Below are positions 1-10,084 of a stretch of DNA of 32,000 nucleotides, one piece after another. The translations under genes and the position numbers were made by a program. The notes beneath the pieces were generated by a model. The model worked only from the letters and a program-made list of their open reading frames with translations. It searched no databases and was not told the origin of the DNA. The stretch lies in the NCBI RefSeq assembly GCF_008000775.2, contig NZ_CP042905.2, positions 840,001-872,000 of the forward strand, in the 5' to 3' direction. How positions within the stretch are numbered: the stretch's first letter is position 1; the number at the start of each line of letters is the position of its first letter. The stretch is from Promethearchaeum syntrophicum (GTDB lineage Archaea > Asgardarchaeota > Lokiarchaeia > Sigyniarchaeales > Promethearchaeaceae).

Positions 1-993
1 AGCTGTTTATATTCCTTACCTAGTATATGTGGTGAATCTCTTAACAAATTCGGCACCGATATGCAAAAAGAAAGATATTTAAAACCTATGATCTCAGGGG
101 AAAAGTATTGTGCTGAAGCCTTAACAGAACCTCGCGGAGGCTCTGATTTCTATGGGGCTACGACAATTGCAGAAAAAGAGGGAGACCAATACATACTTAA
201 TGGGGAAAAAAGGTTTGTTGTTGGTGCTGAAGGGGCAGATTTCTTTTTAGTATACGCGAAAACCGATAAAAATGCTCCCAGTTATAAATCTATATCCATG
301 TTTATAGTTGAACGTGATATGGGTGTTGAAGAAAAATATGTATATGGTTTATTAGGTACTAGAGGAGGGGGAGCTGGGCGTCTGTACTTTAAAGATGTTC
401 AAGTACCAGCTGAAAATATCGTTATTGGGGAGGGGGAAGGAGGGCGTATATTTAATCAAATGATGTATCCCGAAAGAATGACAAGCGCCGCAGGGGTAAT
501 TGGAATGGTGAATGCATCTATAAGAGTTGCAGCGAAATATTCTACTCAAAGAAAAGCATTTAATCAACCAATTAAAAAATTTCAAGCAGTTTCTTTTAAA
601 ATCGCCGATTCGTTATGTTTAAATGATTCCGCAAGGGGGATTGTCAATATTGCAGCAAATGCTTTAGATAAACACCAAGATAATCCTTCATTATGTAGAA
701 GATTAGTAAGTGAGGCGAAACGAGTTTCAACAGAAAATGCCTACAAGGCGATTGATAATTGTATGCAAATTATGGGTGGGATTGGTTACTGTAATATATA
801 TCCTATTGAAAAAATGCTTCGAGATGTTAGACTTGCATCGATTTGGACAGGGACATCCGAAATTATGAATTTAATCATTCAACATGAATATTTTAAGCAA
901 TTTGAAAAGAAAAAACAGGAAGATTCTACGTTCCGTGATATTGAAAATGATGCATCTGAAGCGGAAGCAGTTGATGAGAAAATATATGAATAG
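1..993 (+). CDS. Acyl-CoA dehydrogenase, 5' truncated by the window edge
   Basis: Frame is open from base 1 ([50 protein letters not shown]); acyl-CoA dehydrogenase hallmarks: TEPxGGSD, C-terminal [33 protein letters not shown]. Confidence 0.95.
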   Translation, partial: SCLYSLPSICGESLNKFGTDMQKERYLKPMISGEKYCAEALTEPRGGSDFYGATTIAEKEGDQYILNGEKRFVVGAEGADFFLVYAKTDKNAPSYKSISMFIVERDMGVEEKYVYGLLGTRGGGAGRLYFKDVQVPAENIVIGEGEGGRIFNQMMYPERMTSAAGVIGMVNASIRVAAKYSTQRKAFNQPIKKFQAVSFKIADSLCLNDSARGIVNIAANALDKHQDNPSLCRRLVSEAKRVSTENAYKAIDNCMQIMGGIGYCNIYPIEKMLRDVRLASIWTGTSEIMNLIIQHEYFKQFEKKKQEDSTFRDIENDASEAEAVDEKIYE

Positions 994-1092
994 GAAGTTG
1001 TAGAAAAAACTTCCACTAAAAAATTGGCCTACACAAAATTAAAAGATTATATTACATATTTTCTTTAGTGAGGAAGAAAGAAATACTTCGAG

Positions 1093-3498
1093 TTGGAGGG
1101 AAACACAATCGGAACTTGTAAATATTGCCAATCAAAGGATATTGAATATAAATGTCATATTTGTAATGAAGAATACTGCTTTAAGCACACTGGCTCAACT
1201 GATAAATATTATTGTAAAAAGCATACTAAACATCATCTAAATCGCATTCAAGCTGAAGTTCGTAAAAATCGTTGTCAGATTGTTGAATTTAGTCGTTGTC
1301 CTAGTTGTGGATCATTTTTGGAAATATCCAGTCTACCTAATGGTCAAAAATATTTACAATGTACAAAATGTTCTTGGAATTCTCGAACAAATTCCCCCAT
1401 CATTATTAATAATTCAGAAAAGCAAGTCTTGAGAGAAGCTGAAAGGTATGGATTATCGCGCCACGCTGAAAAATGTAATGAGAGATTAAAGCGTGATAAA
1501 GGTAAGGTTTATTGTCTTGATTGTTTTAGCAAAGAACTACAAGATAATATCGAAACATCATATTATCAACTACAACAAAAATTTGGATTAACAGAAACTG
1601 ATATTGAGTTAATTATAAACGAAATGTTATTATCAAAAACTATTGAGGGATTTTTAGATACAAAAAATAAAACTTTTGTTCATTTACTTCCTTCAATTGA
1701 AGCACAACTTGTTGCTGATTTGCATTCTCAAGGATATTTAGAATTAAATGCAATAAAAGATAAATTGAAAACCTCACCAAGTACCACAACTAGAATTATG
1801 ATAGAATTGATTAGAAAAAATAAGTTTAGAGGGACATTTACTAATCAGAAGAATCGGTATTTCTTAGAAGCGGGACTTACAAAACTCATATTGCAGGAAA
1901 TTCAAAATCAAGGAAAAGTTAATCATGCTGATCTAGCTAAGAAATACGATATTGCAGAAGGAAATGTAAAAAACTATGTTATGGCATTGATGAAGAATAA
2001 ACTGCTAAAAGCTTTTTTTGCTGATTCAGGAAAAGTCACAATTTCGGAAGAAGAATTGGATAATGATATTGAGAATTTCTGTATTCAAAAAGGCGTATTT
2101 ATGCTCACTGCACTCGCAAATAATCTAAAAATTGCTCCGGAACTTGCCCGAAGAGCGCTCTTTAAATTAATTCAAAAAGGGCTCATTCGCGGGATTTTCA
2201 CTCAAAATCACGAATTTATTACTGAAGAAAAACTTAGTGATAAAATTAAAGCAATCGCTCGAGCATACAGAACGATATCTATTAAAGATCTCGCCAAAAA
2301 GTTAGCAATTACTGAACAAAGAGTAGAAGAAGGATTAGCAACGTTAATTTCCAAAGGTTCGGTAAATGGTTATATTGATATGACTAAACATCAATTTGTT
2401 GCTGATGGAAAACAACCTGTGACCAGTTTTGAATCACACGCTTTAGAAAAATCCCAATCAGCCAGAAGTAGTTCTACAGGACCTATTCCCAAAGGAGATG
2501 TTGAAGTTGTTAGGCAATATGATTTTGTAGGGGGGCAACTTCATTTCAAAGTAGTAGTTCGCAATAAATCCAATATGGCAATTCACGATATTAAAATTAT
2601 ATTAGATGTTCCTAGTTCATATCGTAGGAGTCGTGAACTTTTAACAATCCCAGTTGTGGATCCAGGAAATACACATGGCGTAGACTTCTATTTGGAGCCA
2701 GCAGAATGCGGAATCAGTACAATCGGGGGAACAGTTATATATAAAGATGCACTGGGAAAATTTAACACAATTTATATCAACCCTAAAGATATCCAAATTA
2801 AATGTCCTCTATTAATCAAAAGTTTAGATACAATAGAAGATTGTCAGAAAGCAATTCAATCACTTCCTAGTGATGCACGTGCATTTTTAATTGCAGATTT
2901 ACCGACTCAAATGGCATATAGTGCGGCTCATCGAGCGGTGGCTCAATTTGATGTTACAAATGTAGCTTCTTATGAAAATGATAAGGATGGTACTTATGAA
3001 GCAGAAGCTTGGTTTAGCAGTACCGCAAAAGTGACTGGTGGACGAGTAATTACAAGAGTATACATAAATAGTTCGTCTTCTACTTTAGAAATTCGAGTTT
3101 GGTGTAATGAAGCTGGACAATTAACAGGGTTACTAGCAAAAATGATAGAATTGCTTTTTATAGAAATAAACCTAATGCGACAAATCAAAAGTGAAGAAAG
3201 AAATAAAACTTTAGATGTAATGGCAATTACGCGCAATTTAATGGAGATTTCTAACATTTGCATGCTTCGGTATAAGGCTTCCAGTGCCAGATTAAAACTT
3301 GAAGATACTTACAATCGTTTATCTCGTTTAAATGAAGAATGTGGGGATTCTTGTGAGAAAATATATGATTGGCTTAAGAAATTAGAAGTTGAATATGAAG
3401 ATGATGAAGCGATGTTAAGTGATGAACAAGCAGATTTGCTTGATAATGATATTCAAAATATTCATCAGAAATTGCAAACTCAATTGGGTGTCGCTTAA
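1093..3498 (+). CDS. Large multidomain protein: N-terminal Cys/His zinc-binding modules, about five tandem winged-helix repeats, Ig-like beta domain, C-terminal mixed alpha/beta domain and helical tail
   Basis: 801 aa, TTG start. CKYC..CHIC..YCFKH..CKKHTKHH (B-box/AN1-like), CPSC..LQCTKC zinc ribbon, CNE..CLDC; repeated wHTH units each ending in a wing (e.g. LARRALFKLIQKGLIRGIFTQNHEFIT, RVEEGLATLISKGSVNGYIDMTKHQFV). Confidence 0.75.
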   Translation: MEGNTIGTCKYCQSKDIEYKCHICNEEYCFKHTGSTDKYYCKKHTKHHLNRIQAEVRKNRCQIVEFSRCPSCGSFLEISSLPNGQKYLQCTKCSWNSRTNSPIIINNSEKQVLREAERYGLSRHAEKCNERLKRDKGKVYCLDCFSKELQDNIETSYYQLQQKFGLTETDIELIINEMLLSKTIEGFLDTKNKTFVHLLPSIEAQLVADLHSQGYLELNAIKDKLKTSPSTTTRIMIELIRKNKFRGTFTNQKNRYFLEAGLTKLILQEIQNQGKVNHADLAKKYDIAEGNVKNYVMALMKNKLLKAFFADSGKVTISEEELDNDIENFCIQKGVFMLTALANNLKIAPELARRALFKLIQKGLIRGIFTQNHEFITEEKLSDKIKAIARAYRTISIKDLAKKLAITEQRVEEGLATLISKGSVNGYIDMTKHQFVADGKQPVTSFESHALEKSQSARSSSTGPIPKGDVEVVRQYDFVGGQLHFKVVVRNKSNMAIHDIKIILDVPSSYRRSRELLTIPVVDPGNTHGVDFYLEPAECGISTIGGTVIYKDALGKFNTIYINPKDIQIKCPLLIKSLDTIEDCQKAIQSLPSDARAFLIADLPTQMAYSAAHRAVAQFDVTNVASYENDKDGTYEAEAWFSSTAKVTGGRVITRVYINSSSSTLEIRVWCNEAGQLTGLLAKMIELLFIEINLMRQIKSEERNKTLDVMAITRNLMEISNICMLRYKASSARLKLEDTYNRLSRLNEECGDSCEKIYDWLKKLEVEYEDDEAMLSDEQADLLDNDIQNIHQKLQTQLGVA

Positions 3499-3500
3499 TT

Positions 3501-3998
3501 TCAATTTAAAGATTTAATATTAGGAATTATATTTCCATTTTTTTCTAATAATTCTGGAAATTTCTCACAAACATCTGGATTTTCACGAATTTTTTCTATC
3601 CATTTATCTTCTTTATCGCATTCTAATGATAAATTATGATCGGAAATAGATTTTTCAGTTGGGAGATAGATATATGCTTGTTTTTTAACGTAATTCAAAT
3701 CCTTTTTTACCAAAATAGGAATTTTCTTTCTGTAGAATAATCCGGCATCTACTCCTTCATAAAAATCCAAACGTTTGAATTCATTATGTTCTACCCTAAA
3801 AAGAAGGGCAAAGAATCCATCATTTGAAGGATCATCTAAAGCAAATGGAAAATGTTCCGTATTTACATATATTCTCCGACATTTAGGAACAAAACAAATT
3901 TTTACATCCTTTGAAAATTTAAACATTTTATTTGTGATAAAAGTTCCATATCCGACGATCAAATCAACATTTTGCTCATTTTCTTCCTTATTAATCAT
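3501..3998 (-). CDS. Gamma-glutamylcyclotransferase-like (AIG2/GGCT fold) protein
   Basis: N-terminal VGYGTFITNKMF and downstream GFFALLFRVEHNEFKRLDFYEG.....YRKKIPI typical of the GGCT family. Confidence 0.75.
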   Translation of the reverse strand: MINKEENEQNVDLIVGYGTFITNKMFKFSKDVKICFVPKCRRIYVNTEHFPFALDDPSNDGFFALLFRVEHNEFKRLDFYEGVDAGLFYRKKIPILVKKDLNYVKKQAYIYLPTEKSISDHNLSLECDKEDKWIEKIRENPDVCEKFPELLEKNGNIIPNIKSLN

Positions 3999-4066
3999 AT
4001 CTTATTTGAAAAAGGAAAGATTAAAAAAAAATTTTATTGAAAAATTCCATATAATTTGGAATCAAG

Positions 4067-4813
4067 TCAACTAATTTTTTGATTAAAAAACCAACTCAAT
4101 AATCCAAAAAGAAATTTCTTATTTGAAGCAACTTCAATTCCGTGCATTTTATTTTTACTAAAAAATCCAGATGTTGCTATTATCGCAACCTTACCTTTAA
4201 AATATTGGTTAACAACAAAAATAGGGACTTTATTAATTGTTTTTTCCTCATCTAAAGAGTAATAATGAATATCTGTACTCTTCGGAGAAGTAAGTAAAAT
4301 ATTTACATTTGATTTCGGATTTATTGTAAAATAGGTTGATTTTCCAAAGATTAATCTATCGCTAGAGCAAAAATTGTTGAAAATCGGATGTTTTGGAAAT
4401 TCGGTAATGATCAAATTTACCTTTTTTTTAAAATAATGATTTTTTCCCATATGAAAAAGAATCGCATGATGGAATCGATTAATTCCTGTAAGCTTATAAA
4501 AGACCCTTAAAGAACCTAAATTATTTGCAAGATTATAATCTCCACGGGCTCCAGATGTTATTAATAAATTTCCCCCTCTCTTAACGTATTCTTTAATTTT
4601 TTTTAATTCTGAAGGTTTAAAGAGTAATTCTGTGTTTTTTCGGGGTTTTGGATTGCCAATTATAATTAGGCTATATTGATTTAAATTAAATTGGGAAAGA
4701 TCATCAGATGGCCTTGTAAAATCAAAGAAAAAATCAGATTTACTAAAAATTTGTTCCGGAAATGATATTAATTGTTCGTTATGGGAAAGATCGATTAATA
4801 TTTTAATCGTCAT
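4067..4813 (-). CDS. Glutamine-amidotransferase-like/GIFT-type domain protein (DUF4350 / IFT52 N-terminal domain-like)
   Basis: YSLIIIGNPKP...FKPSELKKIKEYVKRGGNLLITSGARGDY..NNLGSLRVFYKLTGI; pattern of the class-I GATase-like domain without obvious catalytic Cys. Confidence 0.5.
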   Translation of the reverse strand: MTIKILIDLSHNEQLISFPEQIFSKSDFFFDFTRPSDDLSQFNLNQYSLIIIGNPKPRKNTELLFKPSELKKIKEYVKRGGNLLITSGARGDYNLANNLGSLRVFYKLTGINRFHHAILFHMGKNHYFKKKVNLIITEFPKHPIFNNFCSSDRLIFGKSTYFTINPKSNVNILLTSPKSTDIHYYSLDEEKTINKVPIFVVNQYFKGKVAIIATSGFFSKNKMHGIEVASNKKFLFGLLSWFFNQKIS

Positions 4814-4835
4814 TTTAAATATTCATTCTTTAATT

Positions 4836-5582
4836 CTACTTTTTGTCCTTATTTTTCAGATTTAATTCAATCAAATCTTGAGCAGATATTTCATAACGTT
4901 TTTCAACTGGTGGTTTTCCTTTTTGAATTGCAACTAAATCAATTCCATTCCCAGATGCCATATCTCGAATAATTGCTGATCTAACTGCCCGAGTGCATAT
5001 ATTCATTCCTTCTTCTAAGGTTAGATCTTTTTTCCATTCTGTTTCTAAAATTCCCATTGCAAAAACTGAACCTGATCCCACTGAGGCATAATCATCTTCT
5101 AAGATAGAACCATATCCTCCCAAATTATAAACTTTTGGACCTTCTGAATCTGTTACGCCTCCTAGTAAATGTCCAACTTGAAAAAACCCTTTCTTGTTAT
5201 AAAGGATGTTTTGAAGGAGTTTAGCTGATTGTCCTACTCCAATGGGTTTTTCATTTTTAAGATTATAAATTTCTGTTTCAGCTTTTAATAAATCGATTAA
5301 ATATATTGCATCTGCAACCCCTCCGGCTATGGTCATCCAAAGATAATCCTGAATTCGATGGAGCTTTTTAGCATTTTTATTTGCAACATAAGATCCCATT
5401 GTAGCACGGTTATCAGTTGCCATAACGACTCCATCTTTTATTGTGCAAGCGACAGTGGTTGTTCCCGTTTTAAGATTTGGAAGTGCTTCTATTTTTTTTG
5501 ATTTAAAATCATTTACATTATCTGGTGTAATTTCAATGAAATTCATTTTTAATGGTTGTTCATTAGGAGGTAAGTGATTCAT
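4836..5582 (-). CDS. psmB: Proteasome beta subunit with about 39-residue propeptide
   Basis: LKTG|TTTVACTIKDGVVMATDNRATMG (mature N-terminal Thr), VGSGSVFAMGILE, GNGIDLVAI. Confidence 0.95.
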   Translation of the reverse strand: MNHLPPNEQPLKMNFIEITPDNVNDFKSKKIEALPNLKTGTTTVACTIKDGVVMATDNRATMGSYVANKNAKKLHRIQDYLWMTIAGGVADAIYLIDLLKAETEIYNLKNEKPIGVGQSAKLLQNILYNKKGFFQVGHLLGGVTDSEGPKVYNLGGYGSILEDDYASVGSGSVFAMGILETEWKKDLTLEEGMNICTRAVRSAIIRDMASGNGIDLVAIQKGKPPVEKRYEISAQDLIELNLKNKDKK

Positions 5583-5709
5583 TTTTCAATTTAAAAGAAT
5601 TAACCATTACTAAAAATATTTTATATGATATTTTATTTGATAGATCTTTTTAGAAGATAGCAAAATTCGTGAAATAAATAAATAATCTGAATGTTTAATT
5701 TATTTAGTA

Positions 5710-6198
5710 ATGAATGAAACAAAAGAAGCAAAAGAGTTTTTGACCTTAATTGGAAAAAGTTATGCATTTAAGGGATTTCAGTTTTTTTTCCAAGGTCCAA
5801 ATCGGAATTGTCCAAAAACTTGTAAATTATATACAACATGTCAGGAAAATTTAATCCCTGAATCAGTTTATGAAGTTTTTGAAGTAACTGATCGGAAAAT
5901 GCAATGTCCAAATGATTTTCATGAAGAAGAAATGATTTTGTGCAAAGTTAAAACGCCTGAAATCATAATTTCTATGGAAAATAAAGATATTTATGTGGGG
6001 TCAATAATGGAATATCATTCTATAGATTGTGGAAAAAAAGAAGATAATTGTCCTTATTTTCAATATTGTCAACCATCCAAATTATTGATAAATAAAGGAA
6101 AAATCAAGATAATTAAAAAAATTAAAAAAATTAGCGATTGTGGAGAAAAAAAACATATTTCACTGGTTCAAGTTGAAAAAGAGACAGGTTTGATTTAA
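5710..6198 (+). CDS. UPF0179 family protein (archaeal, Cys-rich)
   Basis: 162 aa; CPKTCKLYTTC, PESVYEVFEVTDRKMQCPNDFHEEEMILCKV, CPYFQYCQP Cys arrangement. Confidence 0.7.
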   Translation: MNETKEAKEFLTLIGKSYAFKGFQFFFQGPNRNCPKTCKLYTTCQENLIPESVYEVFEVTDRKMQCPNDFHEEEMILCKVKTPEIIISMENKDIYVGSIMEYHSIDCGKKEDNCPYFQYCQPSKLLINKGKIKIIKKIKKISDCGEKKHISLVQVEKETGLI

Positions 6199-6237
6199 TT
6201 TTTATAGATTTCTAAATTTTGAAATGAATGAAAAAAA

Positions 6238-6657
6238 ATGAAGAAAATTCCTAGGATTCAAGAAATCTGGATCATTGCCAAGAACGGGTTGCATATTGCT
6301 TCCAGTAAAATTAAGATTGACAAAAAAGAAATAGAAATTGATGAAGATATGTTCTCCGGCTTTATAGCTGCAATTAATGTATTTACCTTCGAAATTGGGT
6401 TAAATAAATGTAGAGTTTTGGAAACTAAATCATCGAAACTATGTTTTTCTCATTATTCCGACTTGGATTTGACATTTGTTGCGAAATCAACCAAAAATAT
6501 CGATAATTCTGAAATTTTAAGCTATTTGGAAATCATTAAATCAAAAATAGTACAAAAATATAAGAAAATTATTAAAAATTGGGAAGGTTCCGTATCGGAT
6601 TTTAAAGGAATTTCAAAATATATAGATATCGAAAAAGATAAAAAAAATTGGATTTGA
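6238..6657 (+). CDS. Small longin/roadblock-like protein, function unknown
   Basis: 139 aa; IQEIWIIAKNGLHIASSKI....MFSGFIAAINVFTFEI...LCFSHYSDLDLTFVAKST...IKSKIVQKYKKIIKNW; same overall pattern as small Asgard longin-like ORFs. Confidence 0.5.
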   Translation: MKKIPRIQEIWIIAKNGLHIASSKIKIDKKEIEIDEDMFSGFIAAINVFTFEIGLNKCRVLETKSSKLCFSHYSDLDLTFVAKSTKNIDNSEILSYLEIIKSKIVQKYKKIIKNWEGSVSDFKGISKYIDIEKDKKNWI

Positions 6658-6662
6658 GATAA

Positions 6663-8699
6663 TTATTTCTTCTTATTTCTAATTTTTCTAATAATAAAAA
6701 TAATTCCAAATGACATACTGATGAAAAATGAGAAAAATGGCATCCCATTAAGTATTCGTTTTGGAATTACAAACTCCACATATTCTGTACCCGGTATAGA
6801 TTGGGCAAGAACCGAGTCTGTAAAAATCAATCTCACCTTATCAGGAATAGTAGTTAAATTAAAAGAAAGAAAGGTAGTCCCATTTATCCAAATTTCATTA
6901 CTAAAAATAGTATTTGCTTTGTCATCGTAAATTTCCAAAGTTAACTGTTGAAAATATTGATAATTATTATATTCTTCATTACGATCTTTGATTGTGATGT
7001 TTAAAACCGATGAATTAGTATCATAATCCCCTGATGTAATGCTATATATTGGGAGAAATTTATTATTAAACCAAGGTTTAAAAAACCAATCTAGTGATTT
7101 TCCATAAACATACTCAAAAGATTCTTCCAAATCAGAGAGCCACGCGATTTTAAACTTAAACCGATTGAAAAACAATTGAATACTACTTAGAAAATCTTCA
7201 TCACCCAAAAATACTCTTAATTTATGAAGAATCATCGGAGCTTTCTTATAGGCAATATACCAATAATCTGATCCTGATGTGTAACATTCATAAACTGATT
7301 GATTTATTTTATTTGGACTTTGCTCAATAGAATAATAATGTCTGATTTCATATTGAAGGTAATAATTGTCATACAAGTTCCGTTCAGGATACTTTTTATC
7401 AAAATAATAATCGGTGGCCCAAACGACTAAACCTTCATCAAGAAATCCTGCGTCAATTTCGTCGTTTCCAATTATATGATAAAACCATTGGTGACACGTT
7501 TCATGAGCGATGATTAATTCTAAATAATAAAGAGGATCATCGTAAACATAAATTGATTCTGTGATATATACTTGTAATGGATGTTCCATACCTCCATAGT
7601 TAGTGTAACTTTCAACTATATTTAGTGTAGGAAAGAAATAGGCTCCAAATGTTTCATTGAACAGAGTTACTGCTTGTACAGCAACATCTAATGCAAAATT
7701 CTCCCAATAGTTTTGCGATTTAGGGAGGAAAAATGTTGAGATGTTCACATTATTTGCCAAAATAGATTCACAAATAAAATACCTTGAGGCAGAGAATGTT
7801 AATTCTCGAACTGGTAAATGAGTCTCATAATGGTATATAGTTGAATCTGAATCTGTAACTGATTCCATTAGTTCGCCTGTAGCAGCGACAATAAAATCTG
7901 GCAATTCTGGATCTATTGGGACCTCAATAAAGAAATCATACCATGCCATGTCGCTATAAAATGGATCTCCTGTTTGTAGGTATGGATCTATATTCCACCC
8001 GTCTTTATCGTCATAGACTGCTGGCATTGGGTAAGCAACAGCAAATTTAAAGATTTTTGAAAACCCCTCATCTGTTCCATGATAATTAGATCGATCAATT
8101 CCGCCATCAGGAAGGGTTGTGTTAAAATGAATATAAAATGAAATTCTTTCTGTTGGGTTTAAGGGTTCTGTTAAATTTATCCACATTAAGTGTTCTGAAG
8201 ATATTACTTGAAAATCGAGAAAAGTCTGAGATTCTCCTATAGTTTTAACTTCATAAATTGTAATATTCCCCGATTTTTGAGTAAAATTCATTCCTGATGG
8301 ATAAATGTGAAATGGAATTCGATTGAAGGAAACTAGGTCATCATTATAATAATCTACTGTTAAATTTCCCTCAACAGTTGCATTTTCTTCATGTAATTTG
8401 ACAGATAGGGTGTAATTAGATAAATGATCACTTTCGTAAGGTGGATCATTTAAGGATTTAGGTGATTCAAAATTACTAAATTTGTCTAAAATTTTATTAT
8501 CTGATTGTGTTTGGATTGAACTATCAATAAAATAACTAGTTAAAATTAAATTTGAAAGCAAAATGTTCATAATCAATATGGAAACACTTATTTTTATAAG
8601 AATTTCACTTCTCATTTTTGTGCTTTTATTATTGTTATCTGAAATAAAAAAATTTCTATAGTGATTAATATTTATTTCTATTGAATTGACCCCATCCAT
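6663..8699 (-). CDS. Membrane-anchored M1-family (gluzincin) aminopeptidase-like metallopeptidase
   Basis: HETCHQW zinc motif followed by EGLVVWATDYYF (HExxHx18E), substrate loop YGGMEHP, N-terminal hydrophobic segment (ILIKISVSILIMNILLSNLIL) and C-terminal TM with KIRNKKK tail. True start may be the internal Met of MRSEILIKI. Confidence 0.9.
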   Translation of the reverse strand: MDGVNSIEININHYRNFFISDNNNKSTKMRSEILIKISVSILIMNILLSNLILTSYFIDSSIQTQSDNKILDKFSNFESPKSLNDPPYESDHLSNYTLSVKLHEENATVEGNLTVDYYNDDLVSFNRIPFHIYPSGMNFTQKSGNITIYEVKTIGESQTFLDFQVISSEHLMWINLTEPLNPTERISFYIHFNTTLPDGGIDRSNYHGTDEGFSKIFKFAVAYPMPAVYDDKDGWNIDPYLQTGDPFYSDMAWYDFFIEVPIDPELPDFIVAATGELMESVTDSDSTIYHYETHLPVRELTFSASRYFICESILANNVNISTFFLPKSQNYWENFALDVAVQAVTLFNETFGAYFFPTLNIVESYTNYGGMEHPLQVYITESIYVYDDPLYYLELIIAHETCHQWFYHIIGNDEIDAGFLDEGLVVWATDYYFDKKYPERNLYDNYYLQYEIRHYYSIEQSPNKINQSVYECYTSGSDYWYIAYKKAPMILHKLRVFLGDEDFLSSIQLFFNRFKFKIAWLSDLEESFEYVYGKSLDWFFKPWFNNKFLPIYSITSGDYDTNSSVLNITIKDRNEEYNNYQYFQQLTLEIYDDKANTIFSNEIWINGTTFLSFNLTTIPDKVRLIFTDSVLAQSIPGTEYVEFVIPKRILNGMPFFSFFISMSFGIIFIIRKIRNKKK

Positions 8700-9435
8700 T
8701 TCTTCAAAGATTTCACCTTGTGATGATCAACCTTGTCGAGTAAAGGTGCTAACTGAGATGTATACTGTAATTAAAGGTACCGAACTATTATTAGAAGTCA
8801 TACAACCAAACTCTTTATCAGAGATACATTTTGGGGAATATGATCCTGAAAGAAAAAAAAATGCTTTTAAAACCCTTATTGCTACAATTTTATCTGCCAG
8901 AAGTAAGGATGAAACAACAATTAAAGTTGTAGATGGTTTATGGAATAAATATTCCACACCTGAAGAAATTGCATATGCACCTCTAGAGAATTTAGAAAAA
9001 TTGGTTTACAGTAGTGGGACCTATCACCAAAAAGCTATAAGAATCAAGGAAACTTCAAAAATTATTCATGAAAATTTCCATAATCAAGTTCCAGATACAT
9101 TAGAAGAATTAGTGAAACTTCCGGGGGTTGGTCGAAAAGTTGCTAATTGTGTTTTAAATATTTCATTTAATAAAGACGTCATTCCCGTAGATACTCATGT
9201 TCATCGAATATCAAATCGGGTTGGATGGGTTAAAACTAATAATCCAGAAAAAACTGAAAAAGGATTAGAGAAATTGTTCCCTCAATCCAGTTGGAAAATG
9301 ATCAATTATACCTTAGTTTCGTTCGGGAAAAAAATTTGTAAACCGATAAATCCGTTATGTTCCGAATGTCCAATTAACAAAAAATGCTTAAAACTCATAA
9401 AAATACCAAGAAAAAGTAAAAAAGCACTGAAGTAG
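8686..9435 (+). CDS. nth: Endonuclease III (HhH-GPD DNA glycosylase/AP lyase)
   Basis: LPGVGRKVANCVLN...VPVDTHVHRISNRVGW and CKPINPLCSECPINKKC (4Fe-4S). TTG start at 8686 overlaps the divergent gene; a later start is possible. Confidence 0.93.
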   Translation: MTPSISSKISPCDDQPCRVKVLTEMYTVIKGTELLLEVIQPNSLSEIHFGEYDPERKKNAFKTLIATILSARSKDETTIKVVDGLWNKYSTPEEIAYAPLENLEKLVYSSGTYHQKAIRIKETSKIIHENFHNQVPDTLEELVKLPGVGRKVANCVLNISFNKDVIPVDTHVHRISNRVGWVKTNNPEKTEKGLEKLFPQSSWKMINYTLVSFGKKICKPINPLCSECPINKKCLKLIKIPRKSKKALK

Positions 9436-9447
9436 TAGATTTATCTC

Positions 9448-10077
9448 TTATTTGGGATTCAATTTCTCAATAATCTTTTTTAATTCACCATTATTTTTAA
9501 CAATTTTATTTAATAAATCTCTTTGTTCATCATTAAATTCATTACCATATTTTTTTTTCAAATCCAATAGTATTTTATGGGTGCTATTTTTTACTTTTTT
9601 TAACGTTTTCAACGTTTTATCATCAATTTTCTTATTTTCCAAAAAAGCTGAATCATCAATTATAAATTCTTTTTTCGGAGCCGTTTCTAAAATTTTAATG
9701 TCATGTTTTCTCCTAAGTAAAACTTGTTTTATTGCTTCAATTAACTCCGATGGATCTACTGGCTTTTCTAAATAATCATACGCACCTAATTTAATAGCCC
9801 CTATACAAGTATCTAAATTTGGTTCACCAGTAAAGAAAATAATTCCTCCATTTAAACCATATTCTTCTTTTAGTTTCGTCATCAGTTGGATTCCATTCAT
9901 TTTTGGAAGAATTATATCAACTAAAAATAAATCAAACGTAAATTGGGATACTAACTTCTTTGCAGAGGGAAAATCCATTGCAGTTTCTGCTATAAATCCT
10001 ATTTTCTCTACTATTTTTTTTACACTCTCTCTCAATACTTTTTCATCATCAATAACTAGTATTTTCGCTTTAGCCAT
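9448..10077 (-). CDS. Response regulator, REC domain plus helical C-terminal tail
   Basis: ILVIDDEK, LFLVDIILPKMNG, IIFFTGEP, LGAYDYLEKPVD. Confidence 0.92.
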   Translation of the reverse strand: MAKAKILVIDDEKVLRESVKKIVEKIGFIAETAMDFPSAKKLVSQFTFDLFLVDIILPKMNGIQLMTKLKEEYGLNGGIIFFTGEPNLDTCIGAIKLGAYDYLEKPVDPSELIEAIKQVLLRRKHDIKILETAPKKEFIIDDSAFLENKKIDDKTLKTLKKVKNSTHKILLDLKKKYGNEFNDEQRDLLNKIVKNNGELKKIIEKLNPK

Positions 10078-10084
10078 AATTTAT

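Noticed and set aside
352-585. Antisense ORF of 77 aa inside the acyl-CoA dehydrogenase gene
   Set aside because: Shadow ORF opposite a clearly conserved coding frame; no motif.
2994-3263. Antisense ORF of 89 aa inside the multi-wHTH gene
   Set aside because: Overlaps a long open frame; composition typical of a shadow ORF.
3775-4074. Plus-strand ORF of 99 aa opposite the GGCT-like gene
   Set aside because: Opposite strand of a conserved protein, no recognisable features.
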